Positions 1 to 8,508 of a stretch of 64,000 nt of DNA are shown here, piece after piece. The DNA lies in the NCBI GenBank assembly GCA_963665095.1, contig OY762069.1, positions 5,984,001 to 6,048,000 of the forward strand, given 5' to 3'. Position 1 is the stretch's first letter. Every line of letters begins with the position of its first letter. Position numbers and translations under genes: made by a program. The notes beneath the pieces were generated by a model. It made no database searches and was not told the origin of the DNA. It worked only from the letters and a program-made list of their open reading frames with translations. The DNA is from an uncultured Desulfobacter sp. (lineage in GTDB: Bacteria; Desulfobacterota; Desulfobacteria; Desulfobacterales; Desulfobacteraceae).

Positions 1-38
1 TGATGTTATCAGTTATCTCAAAATACAGAAATAGTACT

Positions 39-165
39 ATGTTAAAATCAAAAGCAGAAAGACAGGCTTTAGTGGAGAATAAACATCCCCAGTTTAAAAT
101 TGCAACAGTCAATTGAATGCCCTGTTCGGTTTCCTGTTATTTTGAACCGAAGACCGTTGACTCTA
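39..165 (+). pseudogene. Possible degenerate IS3-family OrfB N-terminal fragment
   Basis: MLKSKAERQALVENKHPQF, followed in another frame by SCYFEPKTVD, resembles the start of IS3 OrfB (ERxALI..xHPxLS...SSYYYxP). Short and broken. Confidence 0.3.
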
Positions 166-247
166 TCTGTAACTATTGTTTTTCGGAATTATGAAATGTC
201 AATATGTTAGGTTGAGGGCTGGACATTGGCCTGCCTGCTCCCTGGGT

Positions 248-2278
248 TTAATCCATGGGGGTGAGGCCTAAAACCCTGCTGACCACCTCATCAAGTTCAG
301 CTGCGGTGATGATGGTGATTCCCTGTCTCAAGGTCTCATCAATGACTGAAATCTCCGCGTGGTTTTTGGCTGGAAAGACCACTGTTTTAATGCCTGCTGC
401 TCTGGCTGCCAGAAGCTTTTCCCGGATGCCGCCCACAGGCAGAATCCGACCGCTCAACGTCAGTTCGCCGGTCATGGCGACTTTTCTGGGGCAGGGCACC
501 TCTTTTAACAGGGAGAGCAGTGCCACGGCAATGGTGAGTCCGGCAGACGGACCGTCCTTGGGGATGGCACCCGAGGGCACGTGGATGTGGATGTCCCGGC
601 CCTGGAAAAAGTCTTCTGACAGGCCAAACTGCCGGGTATGGCTGCGAATGTAACTTAAGGCCGCCTGAGCGGATTCCTTCATTACTTCCCCTAAATATCC
701 TGTGAGAATCAGGCGTTCAGCTCCCATCATCCGGGAGGTCTCCACAAAGATGATCTCTCCGCCGCTCTCTGTCCAGGCAAGACCGGTGGCGCATCCCACC
801 CAGTCCCTGGCTCCGGCGATTTCATAGTGGTACCTGGCCGGTCCCAACAGAAGACCCACAGCATTGCTGTCAATCAGAATTTTTTCGGGGGCATCTGCAT
901 CCAGGACCAGACGTCGGGCCACCTTTCGGCAAATGGCGGCAATTTTTCGTTCAAATTCGCGCAGCCCAGCCTCCCGGGTGTGTTCCCGGATAATCGCGTA
1001 AAGACCATCTTTTGTGAACTCCAGGTGAAACCCTGAAAGGCCGGCATCCTCCATGGCCCTGGGGATAAGGTGCCGTCTGGCAATATGAACCTTTTCCTCA
1101 TTGGTGTATCCGGACATGGAGATGACCTCAAACCGGTCCAGCAGTGGTCCTGGAATCCTGGCCACGGTATTGGCCGTGGCAATGAACATCACCTTGGACA
1201 GGTCAAAGGGAAGGTCCAGGTAGTGGTCAATGAAGTTGGCGTTCTGCTGGGGGTCCAGCACCTCAAGCAGGGCTGCTGCCGGGTCCCCTTTGAAATCCTG
1301 GCCGATTTTATCAATTTCATCCAGCATGAACACAGGATTCATGGATTCGGCCCTGCGGATCTCCTGGATGATCCGGCCGGTCAATGCACCTGCATAGGAG
1401 CGGCGATGGCCTCTGATATCGGCCTCGTCCTTGACGCCTGCAAGGGAAATCCGGACAAATTTACGTTCAAGACTTTTGGCAATGGACTGGCCCAGGGATG
1501 TTTTTCCCGTGCCCGGAGGGCCGGCAAAGCAGATCACCGGGCCCCTTGTCTCCACAAGGCCTGTTTTTCGGCTCAATGCCTTTTTAACGGTTTCCCGGAT
1601 ATCGTCAAGCTTGAGCGGCTTGGGGATAAAATGAAACGAGCCGCGTTTGATGGCGTCCACGGCCGTCAGAACCGTGGCATAGCCTGAGATGATAATCACT
1701 TCGGTATCGGGGCTGTCTGCTTTGATCCGTTCTAATAGAGCCATGCCGTCAATCTTGTCCATTTTAAGATCGGTGATGACAAGATCTACTTTTCTGTTTT
1801 TCAAAAATTCCAGGGCCTGGGTGCCGCCTTCAGCCATGTTGACCTCATATCCCTCCTTTGACAGGACATGCTCAAGGTTCATCCGGGTCACTTTTTCATC
1901 ATCCACCACAAGGATGGTATTTTTCCGGGAGAGCTTCATCTGCCGTACCGCCAGGTGTTCAAGTATCCTTTCTTTGATCTCTTCCAGCCCGTAATGCTCG
2001 GAATCAAGAATTTTTTCAGCCCGGGTAATATCCAGGTTGTCCTTTGTATACCTGTGCCAGGGCAGGGTGATCACATAGTCGATATGGGCCAGGGCAATGG
2101 CGTATTCGGCAGATGACGGGCTGAGCCGGCGCATCCGGTCCACCTCTTTGAGCAGAATTTTTTCCACCTCCGCGGGCATTTTCTGCTCCACCACAGACTG
2201 GAAAAGGTCATCAATCTCTTCGACCTGGGGCTCAATAACTTCCCGGGGTTCTTCTTCTTTTTTAAAAATTCGTTTCAC
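248..2278 (-). CDS. lon: Lon (S16) ATP-dependent protease lacking the N-terminal domain, with an inserted response-regulator receiver domain
   Basis: HYGLEEIKERILEHLAV; Walker A GPPGTGKTS; RGHRRSY; Walker B LDEIDK; PKDGPSAG (catalytic Ser) and GGIREKLLAA (Lys). A REC domain (LVVDDE..VITDLKM..ISGY..FIPKP) lies just before Walker A. Confidence 0.92.
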   Translation of the reverse strand: MKRIFKKEEEPREVIEPQVEEIDDLFQSVVEQKMPAEVEKILLKEVDRMRRLSPSSAEYAIALAHIDYVITLPWHRYTKDNLDITRAEKILDSEHYGLEEIKERILEHLAVRQMKLSRKNTILVVDDEKVTRMNLEHVLSKEGYEVNMAEGGTQALEFLKNRKVDLVITDLKMDKIDGMALLERIKADSPDTEVIIISGYATVLTAVDAIKRGSFHFIPKPLKLDDIRETVKKALSRKTGLVETRGPVICFAGPPGTGKTSLGQSIAKSLERKFVRISLAGVKDEADIRGHRRSYAGALTGRIIQEIRRAESMNPVFMLDEIDKIGQDFKGDPAAALLEVLDPQQNANFIDHYLDLPFDLSKVMFIATANTVARIPGPLLDRFEVISMSGYTNEEKVHIARRHLIPRAMEDAGLSGFHLEFTKDGLYAIIREHTREAGLREFERKIAAICRKVARRLVLDADAPEKILIDSNAVGLLLGPARYHYEIAGARDWVGCATGLAWTESGGEIIFVETSRMMGAERLILTGYLGEVMKESAQAALSYIRSHTRQFGLSEDFFQGRDIHIHVPSGAIPKDGPSAGLTIAVALLSLLKEVPCPRKVAMTGELTLSGRILPVGGIREKLLAARAAGIKTVVFPAKNHAEISVIDETLRQGITIITAAELDEVVSRVLGLTPMD

Positions 2279-2342
2279 AGGTACGCCCTTTCTTCCAGAA
2301 TTTTAAAAATTGCAGACATCCTTGTTGAGCTATCAGGCTTTG

Positions 2343-2358
2343 AGCAATTACCATGCCT
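2343..2358 (-). promoter_or_regulatory. Sigma-54 (-24/-12) promoter for lon
   Basis: Minus strand reads AGGCATGGTAATTGCT (GG-N10-GC), 65 bp upstream of the lon start. Confidence 0.7.
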
Positions 2359-2455
2359 TGGGAACGGTTGAAGTCATGAATCCTTATGAATAAAGGCATC
2401 TGTTATCTTCTGTCTGACCTTTCCGGTTGAAAATCTGAAGTGTATCGCCCGAATC

Positions 2456-2555
2456 GTTTCACAATGCAACATCCTCATTGAAAAGTGTAATACCCCTAAA
2501 ACCTGATCTGACAGGGGGTAGGGCCATATTTTAAAAAAGTATTGCAATATGCAAC
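2456..2555. promoter_or_regulatory. Putative bEBP enhancer sites between divergent sigma-54 promoters
   Basis: Dyads gtttcacaatgcaac (2456-2470) and attgcaatatgcaac (2541-2555). Confidence 0.55.
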
Positions 2556-2631
2556 AAACCCTTTCTGCGCAAACCGGGGCTGACAACCGAAAAACCGCTG
2601 ATACCAGGCTATTCAGAAGGTTTCCAATAGC

Positions 2632-2647
2632 TGGTATGCTAATTGCT
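2632..2647 (+). promoter_or_regulatory. Sigma-54 promoter for the USP-like/SLC13 operon
   Basis: TGGTATGCTAATTGCT (GG-N10-GC), upstream of the AAGGAGG RBS. Confidence 0.75.
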
Positions 2648-2700
2648 CCTTGTTACGGCAAAAGAAGGTAACTTTAATATATCAAGGAGGACAACTGAAA

Positions 2701-3255
2701 ATGCAGTTTCTAAACGGATTAAAGACCAGAGTCTTCGGCCTTGGCAAGAAGAAAGTTGAAAAAGAGAGTTCCATCAGGTTTTCCCAGCCCACCTTGCAGA
2801 CCGACGATAACAACCAGTGCATCGCCTGCAGTGAAAACCAGGGCAAAAATCTGGTTGTGGCCACCCTTGAAAGCAGGTTCTCGGATGACATGATTGAGTA
2901 TGCCCTGGACATGGCTGTACGTATGGATTACGGCATCATTGCCGTGAATGCCGCCAATCTCACCCATGATCTCACCTCGTTTTTTTCCACCCCCCAGGAT
3001 GAACTGTTCCAGGATTTTAAGCAGACCGCTGAAAGAAATGCAGTCACGTTCCAGGAACGGGCCGCGGACCTGGGGTTAAAGTTTGCACACACCACCACCC
3101 AATCCGATGTTGATCATGCCATTGCCGACATCACCAGGGAGTGCGGTCACATTGAGTTCATTATTACTGAAAACAAAGAACCTCTGGTGACAAGAGACCG
3201 GGCATCCAATCAGAACCGAATTGCCCAGAGGCTTTGCGTTTACTCAGTGGATTAG
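2701..3255 (+). CDS. Hypothetical protein, universal-stress-protein-like fold
   Basis: ATG at 2701 after AAGGAGG. NLVVAT..FSDDMIEYALDMAVRMDYGIIAVN..IEFIITE resembles a USP alpha/beta pattern. Confidence 0.6.
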   Translation: MQFLNGLKTRVFGLGKKKVEKESSIRFSQPTLQTDDNNQCIACSENQGKNLVVATLESRFSDDMIEYALDMAVRMDYGIIAVNAANLTHDLTSFFSTPQDELFQDFKQTAERNAVTFQERAADLGLKFAHTTTQSDVDHAIADITRECGHIEFIITENKEPLVTRDRASNQNRIAQRLCVYSVD

Positions 3256-3270
3256 AAAGGGGCGTTTACC

Positions 3271-3354
3271 ATGGATGCACATTTTATCATTGGGCTGGCT
3301 ATCATACTGTTTGCAGCTGTTCTTTGTTTTATTTACAGAAATGAAAATGAATAA
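3271..3354 (+). CDS. Small 27-aa single-pass membrane protein (not in the ORF track)
   Basis: MDAHFIIGLAIILFAAVLCFIYRNENE*. Purine-rich RBS (aaagggg); lies between co-oriented genes. Confidence 0.5.
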   Translation: MDAHFIIGLAIILFAAVLCFIYRNENE

Positions 3355-3410
3355 CCCCGCGTATACCTGACGGGTACTGATATTATTAAAAGACAATGGA
3401 GTGTTCATAA

Positions 3411-5225
3411 ATGACACCTGATATGATTATGACCATGATCATCCTGGTTTTTGTTATCTGCCTTTTTGTGTTTGAATGGGTGCGGGTGGATGTGGTGGGG
3501 ATATTGATGATGGTCCTTCTGCCCCTGATCGGACTCATTTCACCCAAAGAGGCGTTTGTGGGCTTAAGTTCCAATGCGGTCTGTTCCATTATTGCTGTAA
3601 TTATCATTGGCGCGGGCCTGGACAAGACCGGCGTCATGAATAAGGTGGCCAAACCCATTCTGGCGCTGGCCGGAAAAAGTGAAGGCAAAATCATGCTGCT
3701 GGTCTCCGGCACCGTGGGAATCATCTCCAGTATGATGCAGAACATCGGAGCGGCCGCCCTGTTCCTGCCCGCCACCCAGAGAATTTCCAAACGAATCGGA
3801 ATCCCCACCTCACGGATTCTGATGCCCATGGGGTTCTGTGCCATTATCGGCGGGACTCTTACCCTGGTGGGCGCAAGCCCCACCATTCTGCTCAACGATT
3901 TGATGGTCTTAGGCGGCGAAAAGCTGGAGCCCTTTGGATTGTTTACCCAGACGCCCATTGGTGTCTGCCTGCTGGGTACAGCCCTGCTTTACTTTCTGTT
4001 TTTCAGCCGTTTTGTGTTGCCCAATGCCTCGGGAGACTCCGGAAAAGGCGCCTCTGACGTGCTGACCCAGGAGTATCAGGGTGTTGACAGCGTGGCAGAG
4101 CTTCACGTGCCGGAAGACGCCAAGAACATCGGCCTTCTGGATGAACTCAATATTAGGCCCCGGTTCCTGGTGACCGTCATCGGGATCTCCTCTCCATCCA
4201 CCCAGGCCACCAACCATGTGCCCCACAGTTATGAGAGCATTAACGCGGGCGACGATATTGCCGTGGTGGGTAAAAAGGAGAACATTGCCCGCCTGGCAGA
4301 AGAGTTCGACTGGGAGATTAAACCGGCCCTGGACACCTTTGCCGAATTTTTGGCCAACACCAATGCGGGCATGGCTGAAGCCGTTGTGTCTCCCAGGTCT
4401 GAGCTCATCGGCAAAACCCTGAATGAGGTGGATTTTAAAGAGATGTTCAGCCTGAATCCGCTTGTTTTATTCAAGGATAACCGTAAATATTACTCCGGGC
4501 TGACCAATATCCGCCTGGCCATGGGCGATACCCTGCTGCTCCAGGGCCCCTGGGAAAAATTTCACATTCTGAAAAATCGGTCCGGCCCCAAATCCATGAT
4601 GTTTGCCTCGGAACTGGAGGGCGAAATCCTGCGGCCCCAGAAAGCCATGCTTGCCCTGGGGTGGCTGGCTTTAGCCCTGTTCCAGATCATATTTTTAAAA
4701 ATCCAGCTCTCTGTGGCCTTGATGTCTGGTGCTTTGGGTATGATCATCACAGGGGTTCTCACCATTGATGAGGCCTACCTGGCCGTGGACTGGATGACGG
4801 TGTTTCTGCTGGCAGGGCTTATACCTTTAGGCATTGCCTTTGAAAAGACCGGGACGGCGAACTTCATCGCCCATACCGTCCTCAGTCTCATTGGAACACC
4901 GACGCCTATCATCCTTTTGGCTGTGGTGGGGATCATGACCTCATTTTTCACTCTGGTCATCTCCAATGTCGGCGCCACGGTGCTTCTTGTGCCCCTGTGT
5001 ATGAACATGGCGGTAATGGCCGGCGCAGACCCGAGAATGGCGGCGCTTGTAGTAGGGCTCTCCGCTTCCAATACCTTTGTGCTGCCCACCCACCAGGTCA
5101 ATGCACTGATTATGCGACCCGGCGGATACCGCACCATTGACTATGCCAAGGCCGGTGCAGTGATGACCATTCTGTTCCTGACAGTGGAACTTACCGTGAT
5201 CTACCTGTTTTACGGGATTTCGTGA
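3411..5225 (+). CDS. SLC13/DASS-type anion permease with TrkA-C (RCK_C) domains, possible sulfate transporter
   Basis: Hydrophobic N and C halves; GGTLTLVGASPTILL; SNVGATVLLVP; PTHQVNALIMRPGGY; central soluble TrkA-C repeats. Confidence 0.88.
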   Translation: MTPDMIMTMIILVFVICLFVFEWVRVDVVGILMMVLLPLIGLISPKEAFVGLSSNAVCSIIAVIIIGAGLDKTGVMNKVAKPILALAGKSEGKIMLLVSGTVGIISSMMQNIGAAALFLPATQRISKRIGIPTSRILMPMGFCAIIGGTLTLVGASPTILLNDLMVLGGEKLEPFGLFTQTPIGVCLLGTALLYFLFFSRFVLPNASGDSGKGASDVLTQEYQGVDSVAELHVPEDAKNIGLLDELNIRPRFLVTVIGISSPSTQATNHVPHSYESINAGDDIAVVGKKENIARLAEEFDWEIKPALDTFAEFLANTNAGMAEAVVSPRSELIGKTLNEVDFKEMFSLNPLVLFKDNRKYYSGLTNIRLAMGDTLLLQGPWEKFHILKNRSGPKSMMFASELEGEILRPQKAMLALGWLALALFQIIFLKIQLSVALMSGALGMIITGVLTIDEAYLAVDWMTVFLLAGLIPLGIAFEKTGTANFIAHTVLSLIGTPTPIILLAVVGIMTSFFTLVISNVGATVLLVPLCMNMAVMAGADPRMAALVVGLSASNTFVLPTHQVNALIMRPGGYRTIDYAKAGAVMTILFLTVELTVIYLFYGIS

Positions 5226-5249
5226 TTCCGGCCATACTGGTTTTTTAAC

Positions 5250-5306
5250 AAAGGGCTGCCCGTGTCTGATCCGCCCAACCATCGGTCAGCACCAGGGCAG
5301 CCCTTT
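5250..5306 (+). terminator. Long hairpin after the SLC13 gene
   Basis: Stem aaagggctgccc / gggcagcccttt with additional internal pairing. Confidence 0.55.
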
Positions 5307-5367
5307 AATATTCGTGAATATCGTGTTAGGGGTTGTTCGTCCAAATAAACAAAGATACTATACGGCC

Positions 5368-6789
5368 ATGACATTTTCCTTAAGACAAAAAATATCCTTT
5401 CTTTTCATGATGTTTATGGTGGCAAACAGTATTATCTGGTTTGTGAACCACTACAGCAATGCCACCGTACTGAAAACCCTGGTCCTTATAGAGAAAAAGA
5501 GGGATCTTCTGGATACGGTGCTGGAGGCAAGGCGCTATGAGAAAAACTTTTTTTTGCGGAAAAACATCCAGGACCTGTCCGAAGCCCTCTCCTATATCAA
5601 AAAGACCCAGGAGAAGCAGGCGCTTATTGAACAGGAGTTTTCAGGCCTGGTGGCGGAAGAGCCATCAGTTAAAGAGCGGTCCCAGGCCATACAGGACTAC
5701 TGCACCAACGTGGAATCCCTTCTGAAGCTGTACCGGCAGGAGGGGGCGGTCACGCCTGAAAAATCCTGGCAGATTCAGAACAATGTCACCCAGCTTGGCC
5801 GGAAACTGACCACGGACATTGAAGAGGTGGTGAAGACAGAGAAAAAAAAGGTGTTTGAACTGCTGGATCATTCCCGGCAACTGCTGATGTTTTCTTTGCT
5901 TTCTCTTTTTTCTTTGACCGTTCTGGCGGCGTTTTTCCTGATCTGGAAACTCAACCGTCCTTTAAAAGCCATTGAAACCGGGATTAAGAAGATTGCCAAG
6001 GGCGCCTATGATAAAATTCCGGAAATAAGAACCGGTGATGAATTTGAATCCTTGTCCGTCAGTCTCAACGAAATGATTGCTGAACTGGACCGGCGTAAAA
6101 CGCAGCTCATCCAGGCGGAGAAAATGTCCTCTCTGGGGACTCTGACCTCAGGGGTGGCCCATGAACTGAACAATCCATTGAACAATATCTCCACATCCAT
6201 CCAGATTATTCAGGAGGAGATCGAAGACCCGGATCTGGCATATAAGAAAAATCTTCTGGCCATCGTGGAGCAGGAGGTCAACCGGTCAAGGGATATTATC
6301 CGGGCATTGCTTGAATTTTCCAGGCAGAGCGATTTCTCTGTTGAACCGGTTCACTTCAAGGCCCTGGTCCATAAAACCATGCACCTGATCACAGGGGATA
6401 TTCCTTCCACCATTGAGGTCCAGATTCATGTGGCGGATGATCTTGAAGCAAAGATGGATCCCCGCCGCATCCAGCAGGTCCTGCTGAACCTGATTATCAA
6501 CGCGGTGTATGCCATGGAGAACCAGGCACACGGCATTTTGATCATTTCAGCCATGAAGGATCAGCTGGCCCACACCTTTGTTTTCAGTGTCAAGGATAAC
6601 GGTATGGGCATTCAGGATGAGTATATGGCGAAAATTTTTGATCCGTTTTTCACCACCCGGGAGGTGGGAAAAGGATCCGGCTTAGGCCTCTCCATCATCC
6701 ACGGCATTGTTGAACAGCATTCAGGTACCATCAGTGTAAATTCAAGTCCCGGTAAGGGCACAATGTTTACGGTAACGCTGCCGGACTGA
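5368..6789 (+). CDS. Membrane sensor histidine kinase (HAMP-HisKA-HATPase)
   Basis: Two TM segments; HAMP; H-box VAHELNNPL; N-box NLIINA; DNGMGI; FDPFFTT; GSGLGL. Confidence 0.93.
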   Translation: MTFSLRQKISFLFMMFMVANSIIWFVNHYSNATVLKTLVLIEKKRDLLDTVLEARRYEKNFFLRKNIQDLSEALSYIKKTQEKQALIEQEFSGLVAEEPSVKERSQAIQDYCTNVESLLKLYRQEGAVTPEKSWQIQNNVTQLGRKLTTDIEEVVKTEKKKVFELLDHSRQLLMFSLLSLFSLTVLAAFFLIWKLNRPLKAIETGIKKIAKGAYDKIPEIRTGDEFESLSVSLNEMIAELDRRKTQLIQAEKMSSLGTLTSGVAHELNNPLNNISTSIQIIQEEIEDPDLAYKKNLLAIVEQEVNRSRDIIRALLEFSRQSDFSVEPVHFKALVHKTMHLITGDIPSTIEVQIHVADDLEAKMDPRRIQQVLLNLIINAVYAMENQAHGILIISAMKDQLAHTFVFSVKDNGMGIQDEYMAKIFDPFFTTREVGKGSGLGLSIIHGIVEQHSGTISVNSSPGKGTMFTVTLPD

Positions 6790-6822
6790 TTATTCCAGCC
6801 GCGCGCTTAGCCAGGGAGGACC

Positions 6823-8175
6823 ATGCAGGAACAGATTCTGATTATCGAAGATGAACAGATCGCTTTGAAAAATCTTGAACATATCCTTGAAAAAGAGGGA
6901 TACAAGGTAACGGGCGTGGACAGCGGGACTAAGGGGTTGTCCCTGATCAAATCCCGGACCTTTGATCTGATCATCACCGATTACAAGATGAAAAAAATCG
7001 ACGGTATGCAGATCCTTGAAGCCAGCCGGGAGTTTGCGCCCCATACCGAGGTGATCATGGTCACAGGCTACGCCACCGTTGACAATGCTGTCATGGCCAT
7101 GAAGGAGGGGGCCTATCACTACCTTGCCAAACCCTATAAAATTGACGAGGTCCGACAGATTGTCAAACAGGCTCTGCTCAAGCGCGCCCTGCAGCTGGAG
7201 AACCTGTCGCTGAAAAAACAGCTGGACCAGAAATCCCGGCTACCGGAAATTATCGGGAACAGCAAACCCATGCTGGAGGTGAAAAAAACAATCGCCCAGG
7301 TGGCCCAGACCGATATTTCTGTCTTGATTTTAGGCGAGAGCGGCACAGGAAAAGAGCTCGTGGCAAAGGCCATTCACAGTCTCTCCTCCCGGGCCGGCCA
7401 TGAGATGGTGGCCTTTAACTGCGGGTCATTTTCAGAAGATCTCATGGCCAATGAATTGTTCGGCCATGAAAAAGAGGCCTTTACCGGGGCGGCAAAAGAC
7501 AAGAAGGGCCTGTTTGAATTTGCCGACCAGGGTACGGTCTTTTTTGACGAAATCGGGGACATGCCCTCCACCATGCAGATAAAAATTTTGCGGGTGATCC
7601 AGGAAAAGGAGATCATGCGGGTGGGCTCGACCCGGACAGTGCCTGTGGACCTGCGCTTTATTGCAGCCACCCACCGGGACCTGCGTCATGAGGTGGACCA
7701 GGGCCGTTTCCGTCAGGATCTTTACTTTAGGCTAAACGTGGCCACCATCCTTCTGCCCCCGCTCACCGACAGGAAGGAGGATATCCCCTTGCTGGCCTAT
7801 CATTTTCTGGCCAAAAAAAACCGGGATATGGGCAAAACAATCAAGGAGATTGACCGCACCACCATGGATTTTCTGGTCAATTACGCCTGGCCCGGCAATG
7901 TCCGGGAACTTGAGAATATTGTTGAACGGGCCGTGGCCATGGAAAACAGCGAGAAGATCTATCCCGAAGCCCTTCCCGATCACCTCACCCAGCTGGCCAT
8001 TGAAACCTACCGCACGGCCCCTGAAGGCAAAATTCCCACCATGAAGGAGCAGGAAAAACGCTATATCCAGTGGGTGCTCGAGCAGACCAACTGGAACAAG
8101 ACCAAAGCGGCCGAGATCATGGAGATTGACCGGGTCTCCCTGTGGCGCAAAATCAAAACTTTTAAACTTGAGTAG
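6823..8175 (+). CDS. Sigma-54-dependent response regulator (NtrC family)
   Basis: REC domain; [14 protein letters not shown] variant of [21 protein letters not shown]-terminal Fis-type HTH. Confidence 0.95.
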   Translation: MQEQILIIEDEQIALKNLEHILEKEGYKVTGVDSGTKGLSLIKSRTFDLIITDYKMKKIDGMQILEASREFAPHTEVIMVTGYATVDNAVMAMKEGAYHYLAKPYKIDEVRQIVKQALLKRALQLENLSLKKQLDQKSRLPEIIGNSKPMLEVKKTIAQVAQTDISVLILGESGTGKELVAKAIHSLSSRAGHEMVAFNCGSFSEDLMANELFGHEKEAFTGAAKDKKGLFEFADQGTVFFDEIGDMPSTMQIKILRVIQEKEIMRVGSTRTVPVDLRFIAATHRDLRHEVDQGRFRQDLYFRLNVATILLPPLTDRKEDIPLLAYHFLAKKNRDMGKTIKEIDRTTMDFLVNYAWPGNVRELENIVERAVAMENSEKIYPEALPDHLTQLAIETYRTAPEGKIPTMKEQEKRYIQWVLEQTNWNKTKAAEIMEIDRVSLWRKIKTFKLE

Positions 8176-8508
8176 ACGTAAGGCATCACACAAAAATAAA
8201 TAGCACATCTTGCTTGTCTTTTGCTCCATCCACCAATTGGAGGGTTATAAACCGTCTTCCCCTTTTAAAACAATTTTGAACGGGACTGGTCAAAATCAAT
8301 AACCGTTACAACCCTTGCCCCAGTTTTTCATCCTGAAATATAAGCGCGTTTTTCGCCTGATCTTCCGGGCAGGCATTGCCTCTATGTCTGAACCGGGTGC
8401 TGTTTTGGATTTTTAAAAAAACCGCTTGGTAAGTCCCCCTATTTTTGTTATCGGTCATATATGGCTGAGAAGAGCGGAGACGGCCGCGGCCGTTAATAAG
8501 AATTCAAT

